A DNA stretch of 64,000 bases from an uncultured virus (IMG/VR IMGVR_UViG_3300037488_003672) (Duplodnaviria > Heunggongvirae > Uroviricota > Caudoviricetes): the IMG/VR virus record IMGVR_UViG_3300037488_003672. One strand, given 5' to 3'. Made by a program: the position numbers and the translations under genes. Position 1 is the stretch's first letter. The number at the start of each line of letters is the position of its first letter. This document shows positions 51,538 to 63,087 of the stretch, piece after piece. The notes under the pieces were generated by a model. That model ran no database searches, was not told the DNA's origin, and saw nothing but the letters and a program-made list of their open reading frames with translations.

Positions 51538-54435
51538 ATGCCGAACACATACTATTTTAAACATAAAGATGGAAAAACAGCCATCTTAACCAATTCTTAT
51601 AAGATGAAAGCACTTCTACTCACAGCGGGACTCTTAGTTGTTATTGGATTTTCTCTCTTCTTGTATAATTCAAATAGAGAAGGAAAACTAATTGATGAAC
51701 TGCTTCTTTCTTCTCATGATCAAATTACCTTATCTTCTAATGCTGATTTAGATGCCTATGTTGCGGGAAATGGAACCGATGGTTCGATGAATAATCCTCA
51801 TATCTTTGAAAATTATGAATTTACGCTTTCCGATGGCGAATTAAGCACTTATGCAATATTTCTTGGATCAATTGATGAGAGAAATGTTATTATTAGAAAT
51901 TGTCGTTTCATCTTTGAAGATGAAGTTCAATCGCCTTATTCTCATTTTGGGATAAAAATTTCAGCATCTAACAATATCTCGTTTCAAAATTGTGAATTTT
52001 ATTCGGTTCAAACCAATTTTATTAATACTAATGCAATTAGTTTAGATTATATAACAAATAACCTTCTAATCTCAGAAAATACCTTTCATAATCTTGCATC
52101 GGCAATAATTCAACCATTTTTCACGATGGAATCGGAGAATATTTCCATTATTACTAATGAATTTGATGAGATCGAGACGGCAATTTCTGTTCTTCATTGT
52201 AGTAATTTTTTAATCGATATGAATACGTTTTCAACTTGCACATATCCAATTTCCTTCGGAAAATCAACTGATATTGAATATGAATATAATGTTCGCTTTA
52301 ATAATATCACCATCTCTAATAATTTTCTTGAAACTGGGATTGATGGAATAAGTCTCCCTTATTCTAATTGCACAATCACCAATAACACAATAAAATCTTT
52401 TTCAAACGGAGGAATTATCTCAATACTTCCTCCCATAAGTTCAATTGATTTCTTTCCTATTGTTAATTGTACTATCTTGAACAATACCTTCGAATCTTGC
52501 TATCAAGGAATTGGGGGATATTATGGGAATTCTCGTATTGCAGTTATCGAAAACAATTCTTTCTTAGATTGTATCAATGGAATCAAACGAGAATATAGTT
52601 ATTCATATAATTTTCTTGAATATAACAATATTTCTATCCAATACAATTCATTCATATATTCTAAAAGCGATGGATTAGGTAAAACGGGGATTTATTTAAA
52701 TGATGACAGTCTAATCTTAAATAATACGATTATTGGATACAAAAACGGGTTATATTTTAGTTCTTATAATGCCTATTGGATTAATTTCTTTCCTCAAGTA
52801 TATAACAATAGTTTTGAATGCGAATACGCCTTATATGATGAAAGCTTACGCAATTTTTATTCGTTTTTCATCTATAATAATACGCTCTTGCCTAATAATA
52901 TTAAAAGCATTTATTATGATCAAGCTATTGGTTTTAATGGAAAAGATATTCATACTTTTACAGATGGAGGCGATGGAACTGAATTAAATCCTTATATTAT
53001 CCATAATTTTGATGCAATACGCATTGATATTATCTATTCTTATGACTATTTCAATATTTCAAACGTCAATTTATTGAGAGAAGACTATTTTGGGTTTATC
53101 CGCATTGCCGAATCAGCTAACATTAACTTAAAAAACATTACATTTCCCTTGGGTACTGGATATTCTCAAGCATGTATTTATCTTTCTTATTGCGATAATA
53201 TTTCAATTGCTGATATTAATGCCAATAGTCAATCTAATCCATTTATTGACAGTCAATATTCCAATATTTCATTAAATAATATACAATATGATGGAGAATA
53301 TTTCTTTAAACCCTTTAATTATTATGGTAAAATGTCAATCATTCAATTAGATACTATTTATTCACCTTTTTCAACGTTTAAATTCTCTCAAGAACTTGGA
53401 TCTGAACTAAAACTCCAATTTAGAAACATCACCTTTAACACAATTGATTTATACTGCGATCAAATGTGTGAATTGAGTATCACCAATTCGAATTTTAATG
53501 AATTTTACATTCAAGGGAATGTCAATCTCACGTGGGAAAACAATATTATTGAAAAAATCGATTTTACCGACCAAAGTTATATTTCTTCGCTTAACTCTTC
53601 GATTCACATTAGTAATAATTCCGTCAACAATCATGATTTTATTATGCTAACTAATCAATTTGGTGTGTGTGAATTTACTAATAACTCCTTTAATTCAAGA
53701 TCTGTGTTATTTGTGGGAGATAATATGACCATTGCATTAAACGATTTTATCTCAACTACAATCTATGTTGGCGAGAATGTGTCAATGGATAACGGTGAAT
53801 TTGGAAATTATTATTCTAATTATGAAGAAATCTATCCAAATGCTGAAAATAATGGGATTATTTGGGATACTCCATTTGAAATATCACAAATCAACTTAAA
53901 TTTTGAAACGCCTATTATCATAATCAATGCATCTGCTGATAATTATCCGTTAGTTCGATCTATCTGTGAATCTAAATCTTGGACTTATATCAATTTTGTC
54001 CCTAAAATCTCTACGCCTTCTGATATTGTCATGCTTTCTCAAATGCAAGAAACAATTGTTTGGACTGTCTATGACTTCAGTATTAATGCTTCTACTTGTG
54101 GATACGCCATTTTCTTAAATGGTACTCAAATCAAACAAGAATATACTCCCCTTCTCTCTATTGAATATGTTCTAAACAATCTGTCAATCGGAATTTTGAA
54201 TTTTACCATCATATTCTATGATGGGATCGGGTTATATGTTGAAGACTCTGTTTTAGTTTATTGTGTCAATATATCAACCCCAATAATTAATCCGATTATC
54301 CCAATCGATTCAAATGAATTTGTAATATCCGATCAACTTCTGTGGTTATTTATTGGTGTAGGAAGTTTAGGCGGAATTGAAGGAATTGTTTGGATCGGAA
54401 AATATATAATAACCAAAAAGAAAATAATCACATAA
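51538..54435 (+). CDS. Right-handed parallel beta-helix (NosD/CASH-like) surface protein with N- and C-terminal TMs
   Basis: I.NN.F/I repeats, GSMNNPHIFENY, GTELNPYII, GNYYSNY...GIIWDTP...DNYPL. Confidence 0.85.
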   Translation: MPNTYYFKHKDGKTAILTNSYKMKALLLTAGLLVVIGFSLFLYNSNREGKLIDELLLSSHDQITLSSNADLDAYVAGNGTDGSMNNPHIFENYEFTLSDGELSTYAIFLGSIDERNVIIRNCRFIFEDEVQSPYSHFGIKISASNNISFQNCEFYSVQTNFINTNAISLDYITNNLLISENTFHNLASAIIQPFFTMESENISIITNEFDEIETAISVLHCSNFLIDMNTFSTCTYPISFGKSTDIEYEYNVRFNNITISNNFLETGIDGISLPYSNCTITNNTIKSFSNGGIISILPPISSIDFFPIVNCTILNNTFESCYQGIGGYYGNSRIAVIENNSFLDCINGIKREYSYSYNFLEYNNISIQYNSFIYSKSDGLGKTGIYLNDDSLILNNTIIGYKNGLYFSSYNAYWINFFPQVYNNSFECEYALYDESLRNFYSFFIYNNTLLPNNIKSIYYDQAIGFNGKDIHTFTDGGDGTELNPYIIHNFDAIRIDIIYSYDYFNISNVNLLREDYFGFIRIAESANINLKNITFPLGTGYSQACIYLSYCDNISIADINANSQSNPFIDSQYSNISLNNIQYDGEYFFKPFNYYGKMSIIQLDTIYSPFSTFKFSQELGSELKLQFRNITFNTIDLYCDQMCELSITNSNFNEFYIQGNVNLTWENNIIEKIDFTDQSYISSLNSSIHISNNSVNNHDFIMLTNQFGVCEFTNNSFNSRSVLFVGDNMTIALNDFISTTIYVGENVSMDNGEFGNYYSNYEEIYPNAENNGIIWDTPFEISQINLNFETPIIIINASADNYPLVRSICESKSWTYINFVPKISTPSDIVMLSQMQETIVWTVYDFSINASTCGYAIFLNGTQIKQEYTPLLSIEYVLNNLSIGILNFTIIFYDGIGLYVEDSVLVYCVNISTPIINPIIPIDSNEFVISDQLLWLFIGVGSLGGIEGIVWIGKYIITKKKIIT

Positions 54436-54476
54436 TCTTTTTTTAACGGAATATCGGAATAACGGAGAGTTTGCTT

Positions 54477-55583
54477 ATGGGTTTAACAACTTTGAAAGAT
54501 AACGCAGAATTTTTTGACGATCCGCTTATGCGAGAATTAATTACAGATGGAAATGATGGACTTGATCATATCCCAGAGAACCAACAAGAAGGATTCTTCG
54601 AAGCGTCAAAAAGTTTTGCTATGCAATTACAACAATTACATGATCTAAAACCTTTTGATAAAAAACGATGGAAAAAAAGAGCTTATCGAGGAGGCTTATT
54701 CGATGTGGATGACATTATCGATATGACCTTATTGACGGGAGTTAAAACCTTACGAGAGCGAAAAAAAATGCGAGTAAATCCCGACAAACCAAGAGTTTGT
54801 CTTCTTGTTGATGTCTCAAGTTCAATGGATACGAGTTCTGTAAAAAGAGCAACAATACTTTTAGGCATTGCCTTTATTGAATTATTTGGCGAAAACTTTG
54901 CCGAAAGCGTGAGTTATGGCACGATTGGAGGATCGGTTTGCCGATATTTCTCGAAAGACGAATGTAAAACAATTCAACGAGAAATTCTTAAAACAAGATT
55001 TAATACGGATACCCATTTTAGTCCCGTTCTTCAAGAAATGGAGACACAAGGCTTTTATGATACACGAATCACGAAATATATTTTTCTAATAACCGATGGT
55101 ACTCCAGAAATACATGGATCAAATATCACTGTCTCTGCATCTGGAGGTCTTCCCCCTCATATCCCAGCTCAAACCCTTAAAGATATGGAGACTACCATTG
55201 ATTATATTACAAATCGATGGAAAAACGATGATCGAGTCGAATATTTTTGGATTCAATTGGGAACTAATGTTGATTTTCTCAAGTGGGTTATTAGCATGGG
55301 TTATTGTCCGAGTAATTCAACCGAATGCCCTTGGATGACAAAAGATCAATGGAATATGTTTATTAACGATCCATTGTATTCCTATTATTTAAACCAATCC
55401 AATATAAACGCTCAAAATCTCGGTACTATTCGGTACGCATGGCATCTTTGGTCTAAATTCTGTTTAGAACAATATGCCCGAGGAGATATGTTTTATATGA
55501 CTGTCAATGACATGAAAAACAATGGTATTCATACAATGATGGATTATTTCAAAGTTAAGTTCTTACGAAAGATCAAAGCCTAA
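54477..55583 (+). CDS. vWA-domain protein (paralog 1)
   Basis: MIDAS LLVDVSSSM, FLITDG. Confidence 0.8.
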   Translation: MGLTTLKDNAEFFDDPLMRELITDGNDGLDHIPENQQEGFFEASKSFAMQLQQLHDLKPFDKKRWKKRAYRGGLFDVDDIIDMTLLTGVKTLRERKKMRVNPDKPRVCLLVDVSSSMDTSSVKRATILLGIAFIELFGENFAESVSYGTIGGSVCRYFSKDECKTIQREILKTRFNTDTHFSPVLQEMETQGFYDTRITKYIFLITDGTPEIHGSNITVSASGGLPPHIPAQTLKDMETTIDYITNRWKNDDRVEYFWIQLGTNVDFLKWVISMGYCPSNSTECPWMTKDQWNMFINDPLYSYYLNQSNINAQNLGTIRYAWHLWSKFCLEQYARGDMFYMTVNDMKNNGIHTMMDYFKVKFLRKIKA

Positions 55584-55654
55584 GCCAAGATTCTTTTTTT
55601 CACGTGAAAAAGATTTTTATTGAAAACAATCATAAATATATTGAAGGAAAAAAT

Positions 55655-56773
55655 ATGACTATGAACATAACATTCAAGGATGGTGAATTTTTTGACGATC
55701 CCCTTATGCAAGACTTAATTACCGATGAAGCGGGATCAGCCTTAACCACGCCTACACAACTTAAACAAGCTCTTCGAGATGGATTCCTCGAAGCATCAAA
55801 AAGTTTTGCAATGCAATTACAACAAATGCACGATCTTAAACCATTTGATAAAAAAAAATGGAAAAAAAGAACCTATCGAGGAGGCTTATTCGATGTGGAT
55901 GACATTATCGATATGACCTTATTGACGGGAGTTAAAACCTTACGAGAACGGAAAAAAATGCGAATAAATCCCGACAAACCACGTGTAGCATTACTCTTAG
56001 ATGTGTCATATTCAATGCATCGAAGTAAAGTAAAACGAGCGTCTCTCCTCTTGGGAATCGCTTTAACCGAATTATTAGGAGAAGGGTTTGCTGAAAGTTT
56101 GAGTTATGGAACAATTGGGGGAACAGTATGCGAATATCGATCCAGAGAAGATTTTAAAAACATACAACGCAGAATTCTGACTGCTGATTTTTGTGAAGGA
56201 TCTACCAATTTCTCTCCCGTTCTTGACGAGATGGAAGCTCAAGATTTCTATAATACTCGAATTACGAAATATATTTTTCTCATAACTGACGGTGTACCAG
56301 AAAATCATGGAGTTTCTATTCAACATGCATCACAAGGAATACTCCCCTATAATCCATCAGCTTCGTTAAAAGATATAGAGATCACGATTGATTATATAAC
56401 AAATCGATGGCGAAATGATGATCGGGTAGAATATTTTTGGATTCAAATAGGAAAAGTACCCACTTTTTTAGAATGGGTTTGCCTTTTTAATTATTGTCCC
56501 ATAGTTCGAACCGAATGTCCTTGGATCAAAGAAGATGAATGGAATATTTGGGTTGCAAGTAGTGATTATGCTGATAAATTACAAAAGTCTAATTTAGTTT
56601 TAGCTCAAGGAACTGGAGAACATTATAATTATCGCTTATGGGTTAAATTTTGCTTGGATCAATATGCTCAAGGGGATATGTTTTACATGACCGTTGATGA
56701 TCTTAAAAAGAATGGGATTCATTCATTAGTCGATTATTTCAAACTTAAATTTCAAAAGAAGATACAAATATGA
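55655..56773 (+). CDS. vWA-domain protein (paralog 2)
   Basis: LLLDVSYSM, FLITDG; ATG 55655 after gaagga preferred over GTG 55604, which lies inside the motif. Confidence 0.8.
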   Translation: MTMNITFKDGEFFDDPLMQDLITDEAGSALTTPTQLKQALRDGFLEASKSFAMQLQQMHDLKPFDKKKWKKRTYRGGLFDVDDIIDMTLLTGVKTLRERKKMRINPDKPRVALLLDVSYSMHRSKVKRASLLLGIALTELLGEGFAESLSYGTIGGTVCEYRSREDFKNIQRRILTADFCEGSTNFSPVLDEMEAQDFYNTRITKYIFLITDGVPENHGVSIQHASQGILPYNPSASLKDIEITIDYITNRWRNDDRVEYFWIQIGKVPTFLEWVCLFNYCPIVRTECPWIKEDEWNIWVASSDYADKLQKSNLVLAQGTGEHYNYRLWVKFCLDQYAQGDMFYMTVDDLKKNGIHSLVDYFKLKFQKKIQI

Positions 56774-57042
56774 GCAACCATAACAACTATTTTTGTGAGT
56801 TTTGTGGGAATCCCCTCACTTCAACCCTTCCCCAATGTTCAAAATGCAATTCGCCGAATCCACATTATATTTCAAAAGCTCTAAAACCCCATCGAACCAT
56901 ACAGAATCGAGAAGAAATGGAATTACTGAATCTCCAAGAACAAAGAGAAATGGACAAATTCAATAAAAAAGCAACCGATTTAGGTCTCTTTATTGTTTTT
57001 TGTCTTTTAGTGTGTTTGACATTCTATCTAATAAAATGGTAA
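56770..57042 (+). CDS. Zn-ribbon protein with C-terminal TM
   Basis: CEFC...CSKC, hydrophobic tail. Confidence 0.7.
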   Translation: MSNHNNYFCEFCGNPLTSTLPQCSKCNSPNPHYISKALKPHRTIQNREEMELLNLQEQREMDKFNKKATDLGLFIVFCLLVCLTFYLIKW

Positions 57043-57105
57043 TTTTTTTCAAAACTATCTTTTCCACGTGAAACATTTTAATTAGATTTAGATTATATTA
57101 TAATT

Positions 57106-60100
57106 ATGAAAAAAAAAGTCTCGATTTTGATTCTTAGTATTCTTATGAATCTTTCTTTTCTATTCTCTTGTCTCTATATTAACAATAGCATGTCTATTGA
57201 ATCTCCAATTACCGAATCTCCTATTCAAACACTTCCCAATTCAACGCCAGACTCTAATCAATATATCGAATATCCTAATATTGAAGGTCATCAAGTCGAA
57301 TCGTCTTATACTGGGGAAAGTGGGGATGTGGTTCGAAAAATCTCTCAAACGACATCTGATACTCATTTATCTCCTCAACAATATCGAGTTAGTCAATACA
57401 CTAATCGATATTCGGATCGAAATGTTGGCGGAGATATTGTTTATGATGCAAACGGATTAGAGATTAGTTCTGTTTATGGAACCGAATTAGATAATGTAAA
57501 TACTAATTTAGATACAAAAAATGATGGTAAGACTGATATTATTTCTTCAAGTAATCAATATCAAAGAAAGGGATTAATATCAACCTTAGCAAGTTCAGAT
57601 GGTTATATGAGTTTAGATTCTATTGAATCTAAATATGGATCAGTTACACTTGCAAATTTAGATGACGGAGAAAAACCGCTGTTAACTGTGATTGGATTAC
57701 CTAGTACTATTCCAGATTATTATCCTAAGATTGATTTTACGGTTCCTCCTTACGATGAACATACTCCCAGAACATTCTTGTTTGAAAATCTATATAATCA
57801 GCGATCTCCATATACTTTATATGGGGTAACAACTTCGGAAGCATCAAATCTATTTAATCCTTATGTTTCGGCTCTACTAGCTGATAAAGGTTCTTCTTCA
57901 AGTTTTGATCATAAATATACTGGAAATCTGGGTTTTGATGATCTATGTCTTGGTTGGTGGGGAGCTTTATTGGGAATCAATGAACCAAGTGGTTCTTTTG
58001 TTATGTCAAAACCTAATGATTTTTCTGGAAGTGAATATGCATTTGGGAGTGATTATTTAAACGTCAAATACAATTGGGTAGCCCCATCTTCTCCCTATTA
58101 TACTTTTGTTTTTAAAGCTCGGGTTTATACTCAAGCTGAATCTACATTCAAATCATGGGAAAATATATATCATGATGACTATTATACATTAACTTTGGAA
58201 TATAATGACGGATCTACACCATATTCCATTACCAATCCAATTCGAGAAGAAGAAAATATTTTATCAAATGAAAGATTGAAAATTGATCGATTTGAAACTA
58301 TTGAATTAGCATATCCAGAGTCTCAAAATTATCGAATAAATAATCTAAAATCAGTACAATATTCCTTTTCAATTGATCCTTATGTTCATCGAACTGAAGA
58401 ATTTGGGGAACGAGATACAACGGGATGTTGGGGATTTATTGTATTGGATTATTTAGAAACATTCATAGTACGAGATGGGGGATATATGTCCACTGTCCTT
58501 TATGAGATAGAAACCCCATTTCTTCAAACATCCAACCCTACACAAGGAATCGATTTTAAAACCATGTCTACAACTCCCAATATCCAGATCGAATCAATTA
58601 GTTTATCAATAAAAGCAACCATGACTTCTCAAGAAGAAAGTTCTCGAACAATTTCATTTATGTCTCCTAAGTTTATAACAATAAATGGTAAATGGACTAC
58701 GAATCACTTTAGAATTGATCAATATGCAGAAACTATATTATATAATATTCCAATAAACGAATGTAATTTAGATAAAACATTTACGTGGACAACTCGATCA
58801 CAAATAAATTCATTTTTAAATTATATTATTCACGATGAAGGAAATCCGTACCAAGATGGAGGTTTTTATTATACAAATAATTCTCGAATTGCACTTATGA
58901 TCACATCTTCATCGCCTTTTGGAGATCTGAGCAATACTGCAATGACTATTGACTATCTTCATTTTAGCATTACTTACTCTGATCATCTCGATCAACAAAC
59001 GTCAAATTATCGTTATCTTTTGGATACGGACTCAACTAATCCAATTTCTTTTCAAGAAACATTTCCAATAAAGACACTTGCGGGAAATACGCCAAAATCG
59101 ATTACAATTTATGGAAATCCGTCTGATTGGAATCTCTATAAATATACCTATATCAGCAATGGTATATTAAAAGAGTCATCAAGTTCTCCTTTAAGCATAA
59201 CCGATCAACTTATTCCAGATTTAATATATACCAATATACGAGCAATTACTTTTAATGGCTTAACCGATCAATCCAATTTTACTCTATTTTTTTCGGGAGG
59301 TAATTATTGGAAAAATCAAAATATTTCATACTCACGTGAAGTTTCATATGGTAATAGTATGAAAACAACAATATCACGAAATAATTTTGAATTTTTACAT
59401 GGTGATAACATTAAGATCGATTGTGAAGTATTCCCAGCTCCTTCTAATTTTTATTCCTTTCTTGGAGAAGGAATAGTGGTTGCATATTTTATCGATAAAG
59501 ACGATAATATTGTTTATTCTCAACAAATAACAAGAACCAAACCAACAGAATTTAACTCAACAATTAATCTTGGAATTAGTAATTTTAATACACACAATCC
59601 TTATCGCTATTTTGAATATAATACAACATATAGCATATTTTTCACGTTTATTAATTCACAAGAGATAACCAAAGCGGGATACTATTATTGGGATAATGCT
59701 TTTACAATTAAACCGAATAAAATCTCAGATCCGACCTATTCCTTTGATAGTGATTTTATTTATTATTCTTTTAATGTGAGTGCAAAGGGTAACTATTCTG
59801 CAATGGTTGTTTCTCAAAACGTTAAAAGTACTAACTATATTGGAGAAACTCAAAAATACCCAATTGGCATGTATTCAAATAACATTAATCTCACGAACGT
59901 ATATATTGATAATCAATATATAAAGGGGATTAATACCTTTACAAATCTCCCAAATACAAATATTATTTTTGAATTTGAAAACCTTGGATTAACTGCTCAA
60001 AATATAATTATTGACGATATGAGAATAGTTCCCTATTTTTACCGAGAAAATACGTTTCAAAACTACACCTATCGTAATGCAACAACTTTCTCTTTAGAAA

Positions 60101-61599
60101 TTGGTGAAACCAAAAACATTTCCTTCTATCATAATTATTATAATTATAATTCAACTATTTCAAGAGGGATATTTACTCCCTATATTCAGTTCCATGAAGA
60201 ATTTCAACCCACTAATCAAAGTTATATGAATTGTACTCTATTTAGTGAATCGGACATTACCAATTATGGAAAAATCTACAATTATACCATTTTTGAAAAT
60301 CTAACTGGATCTGCATATTTACAAGGAAATTTCACCAAGAATATCGAGAGTTCAAAACTTTCTTGTTATATTATGGATGAATTTGGACAAGGTAATTCTC
60401 CGATGTGGGATATTTCATCTGGATATTATTTTGGGAATCAATATACACCTACAATTGAAATTTTATCTCCCGATCAAGGAGAAGAATTTTCCACATCATA
60501 TATTCCCTTAAATTTGCGAGTGAATGATCCAAATAGTGATTTAGATAAAGTATATGTTCGATATTCTTCAGATATGATCGATTCGGAATATTATTTAATG
60601 AATACTACATCTACATTTTATCCAAAATGGTATTATCAACTATTGAATCCGTTTGAATTAGCAACGGGAATGATCACATTTAACGTGATGGCGTATGATT
60701 TGAATGAAAATTATATGTATCAAACTTTCTATATCTCTGTTATCTCATATAAGCAAATATCTTTAGAAAATGAAAATATCAGCATCGGAAAAGTGAATAT
60801 TTATCCGTCAGCAACTTATATTCCATGTTCCGTTTTCGTGAATTATAGTCAATATTATGCAGATCCTATTAGTACTTATTTCTTTGATTTAGGAAGCAAT
60901 TATACGGATGCTCGAAACTATAAAATTCAGAGATCGCCTATCAATATTTATTATGCGATTAAAAGTTCAAGGGAAGGAATCTCAGATGTGGGCAGATATT
61001 CATATTGGAATTTTGCTGAAACAACAGAAATAGACAAAGTTCAATTTGCGTTAAATGCCCCTATTTCAACCATTACTGCGGATATTGAAAACACAATCGC
61101 TCTTCAACAAAAAGTCTATGATATTCGTTTAAAACGTCATACTAATATTCGAACTTATTCGCAACCCTCGATTATTTTCTCTATCGATCAACCTTTCAAT
61201 AATCTCTTAATTAAAATCTATGATACAACGGGAGGAGAAAATTATTCAATTACCGATTCTTGCAACTTGCAATATGGTCTAATTGGATCTGAAGGTAATT
61301 TTATAATCAATTTTACCATTGAAGAAGTCTTGGAAAATGTGGATTATGCGTTTAAAATTTTTATCTATAATATCGTCACATATCAAGATCTTATCGAAGA
61401 AGCGAGAAATGCCAACATGATTATTGGAGTATTACTTTTTGGTTCTATTGCAATCTCTATTCGCATATTAGTTTCATACAAAGGAGGACAATATGCAATT
61501 CGAGAAAAAAACATGAAAAAAGAATTAGGTATTTATGGAGGTATTGGAGCTGTAGTTGGACTTCTTTTTGGGTACTTTGTCGGGTTTAGCTGGTGGTAA
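57106..61599 (+). CDS. 1497-aa exported multi-domain surface protein with two C-terminal TMs
   Basis: Signal/TM, S/T/N/Y-rich beta domains, Ig-like PTIEILSP...V.D..SD segment. Confidence 0.85.
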   Translation: MKKKVSILILSILMNLSFLFSCLYINNSMSIESPITESPIQTLPNSTPDSNQYIEYPNIEGHQVESSYTGESGDVVRKISQTTSDTHLSPQQYRVSQYTNRYSDRNVGGDIVYDANGLEISSVYGTELDNVNTNLDTKNDGKTDIISSSNQYQRKGLISTLASSDGYMSLDSIESKYGSVTLANLDDGEKPLLTVIGLPSTIPDYYPKIDFTVPPYDEHTPRTFLFENLYNQRSPYTLYGVTTSEASNLFNPYVSALLADKGSSSSFDHKYTGNLGFDDLCLGWWGALLGINEPSGSFVMSKPNDFSGSEYAFGSDYLNVKYNWVAPSSPYYTFVFKARVYTQAESTFKSWENIYHDDYYTLTLEYNDGSTPYSITNPIREEENILSNERLKIDRFETIELAYPESQNYRINNLKSVQYSFSIDPYVHRTEEFGERDTTGCWGFIVLDYLETFIVRDGGYMSTVLYEIETPFLQTSNPTQGIDFKTMSTTPNIQIESISLSIKATMTSQEESSRTISFMSPKFITINGKWTTNHFRIDQYAETILYNIPINECNLDKTFTWTTRSQINSFLNYIIHDEGNPYQDGGFYYTNNSRIALMITSSSPFGDLSNTAMTIDYLHFSITYSDHLDQQTSNYRYLLDTDSTNPISFQETFPIKTLAGNTPKSITIYGNPSDWNLYKYTYISNGILKESSSSPLSITDQLIPDLIYTNIRAITFNGLTDQSNFTLFFSGGNYWKNQNISYSREVSYGNSMKTTISRNNFEFLHGDNIKIDCEVFPAPSNFYSFLGEGIVVAYFIDKDDNIVYSQQITRTKPTEFNSTINLGISNFNTHNPYRYFEYNTTYSIFFTFINSQEITKAGYYYWDNAFTIKPNKISDPTYSFDSDFIYYSFNVSAKGNYSAMVVSQNVKSTNYIGETQKYPIGMYSNNINLTNVYIDNQYIKGINTFTNLPNTNIIFEFENLGLTAQNIIIDDMRIVPYFYRENTFQNYTYRNATTFSLEIGETKNISFYHNYYNYNSTISRGIFTPYIQFHEEFQPTNQSYMNCTLFSESDITNYGKIYNYTIFENLTGSAYLQGNFTKNIESSKLSCYIMDEFGQGNSPMWDISSGYYFGNQYTPTIEILSPDQGEEFSTSYIPLNLRVNDPNSDLDKVYVRYSSDMIDSEYYLMNTTSTFYPKWYYQLLNPFELATGMITFNVMAYDLNENYMYQTFYISVISYKQISLENENISIGKVNIYPSATYIPCSVFVNYSQYYADPISTYFFDLGSNYTDARNYKIQRSPINIYYAIKSSREGISDVGRYSYWNFAETTEIDKVQFALNAPISTITADIENTIALQQKVYDIRLKRHTNIRTYSQPSIIFSIDQPFNNLLIKIYDTTGGENYSITDSCNLQYGLIGSEGNFIINFTIEEVLENVDYAFKIFIYNIVTYQDLIEEARNANMIIGVLLFGSIAISIRILVSYKGGQYAIREKNMKKELGIYGGIGAVVGLLFGYFVGFSWW

Positions 61600-62052
61600 T
61601 TACTCAAAAATTGCTTTAACAACAGAGTTATAATATTTATCTTTTTTTACTTTTTGATATTTAATAATACTCACAAATACAAAAATACCATAGACAATAA
61701 AACAAATCATGTGATATTTAACCATATTAAACACAAAATAGAATATCACAAATAGTCCCATGTCAATTAAATGCGAAACAATGTTTTTTCGGTTTAATTT
61801 TAAAACAACAATAAACGCAAGTTCAATTAATTTTATGAATACAAATACAATCAAATAAAAATTCTTAAGATTAAACGCCATTACAAAATCTGCCAAACCT
61901 ATATAATCCAGATTTCTTAAGATAATAAATTGAAGAATATATTGTTCGATCCATAGATATGATGCAAAGACTCCTAAGATCGCATAAAATAGATTGATTT
62001 GATCTATTTTCAAACTGGCTTTTAATTTAGCTAAAATGCTTTTATCTACCAT
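61600..62052 (-). CDS. 4-TM membrane protein
   Basis: Hydrophobic ORF; ATG 62052 probable start. Confidence 0.65.
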   Translation of the reverse strand: MVDKSILAKLKASLKIDQINLFYAILGVFASYLWIEQYILQFIILRNLDYIGLADFVMAFNLKNFYLIVFVFIKLIELAFIVVLKLNRKNIVSHLIDMGLFVIFYFVFNMVKYHMICFIVYGIFVFVSIIKYQKVKKDKYYNSVVKAIFE

Positions 62053-62200
62053 ATTCTTCACACAAATACACAAGAATATAAAGATTATTTTTCGAAAAAT
62101 CCAAAAAATAACCATTCACGTGAAAGTATTCTTTTTATGAAATTTGGATCTTAAAAAACCATTATACCCTAACTTTAAATAACTTGCCTACAAAATATTA

Positions 62201-62755
62201 TTGATCAATATGATCTCAAATCAGATCTTATTTTTAGATTTTGATGGAGTTTTCGTACCGAATTTGTTTCGTACAAAAAACAAAAACATCAATACTGCGA
62301 ACATTTCTTCCGAAGAGTTCGCCAAAACGGTTCAAATCTATGATCAAATCTCCCGTTTCTTTTTGAACTTCTTTGATTTTCTGCAAGGACTCTTCCCGAA
62401 CGCATACACACTCATTCTGACGGGAAGAAAAGAATCTCTTTTAGGGGATTTTACAAGAGAATTGTTAAGAAAAGCTAACATCGTCGATAAAATTAATGAA
62501 ATCGCTTTTTATCCCGAAGATAAATCCTATCAGCAAGATGTTTATTTTGATTGGAAAACTTGCTACATTCGAGGTATAATGGATAAGTTTAAAAAAGCGA
62601 AAGCAATCGTGCTTGACGATGACTTAGCCTTATTAAAAGAACTTCGTCATAATACAACGCTTCCTCAGCGTCAATTAAAATTTTTATTCTTTGAAGTCAG
62701 TGAAATCCCAACTTATACATACTTTTGGGTTGAATCATATTCTTTTTTCACGTGA
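62201..62755 (+). CDS. HAD-superfamily phosphatase
   Basis: DFDGV, LTGR, K and LDDD motifs; stop TGA overlaps a CACGTGA copy. Confidence 0.8.
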   Translation: MINMISNQILFLDFDGVFVPNLFRTKNKNINTANISSEEFAKTVQIYDQISRFFLNFFDFLQGLFPNAYTLILTGRKESLLGDFTRELLRKANIVDKINEIAFYPEDKSYQQDVYFDWKTCYIRGIMDKFKKAKAIVLDDDLALLKELRHNTTLPQRQLKFLFFEVSEIPTYTYFWVESYSFFT

Positions 62756-62823
62756 TTTTTTATGGTTTTATTATTTTCACATTTGAACAATACATTTAAA
62801 TAGATCTAATACATTAAAATAAT

Positions 62824-63075
62824 ATGGATACACATATTGTGATGAAGGATACTGAAAAACTAAAAGTAAAAGTGATTTTTTCTAATGAATTTACGACTAT
62901 TTTAAAAGTTGAAAAATTAAATATTAAATTTTTAGCTTCAAAAAGAGATATAAATCAAAATATTGTCGAAATTTCCGTTTGGCTCTTCAATAATTGGGTT
63001 CCTCTTCAAATCTCAATCAATCGAACTTTAGATGATCTGAGTACAGTTATTCAAATGTTTATTGATAATTTTTAA
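62824..63075 (+). CDS. Small hypothetical protein
   Basis: tttaaa box about 25 bp upstream. Confidence 0.6.
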   Translation: MDTHIVMKDTEKLKVKVIFSNEFTTILKVEKLNIKFLASKRDINQNIVEISVWLFNNWVPLQISINRTLDDLSTVIQMFIDNF

Positions 63076-63087
63076 GGAAGTGATCAA

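Noticed and set aside
54477..56773. Diversity-generating retroelement template/variable repeat pair
   Set aside because: Whole-gene paralogs, differences not confined to adenines, no reverse transcriptase present
57060..57075. Bacterial chromosomal origin region with canonical parS sites
   Set aside because: Outer TG..CA bases are mostly not conserved, copy number is very high, no parAB/dnaA/gidA genes, and promoters look archaeal; kept only as parS-like
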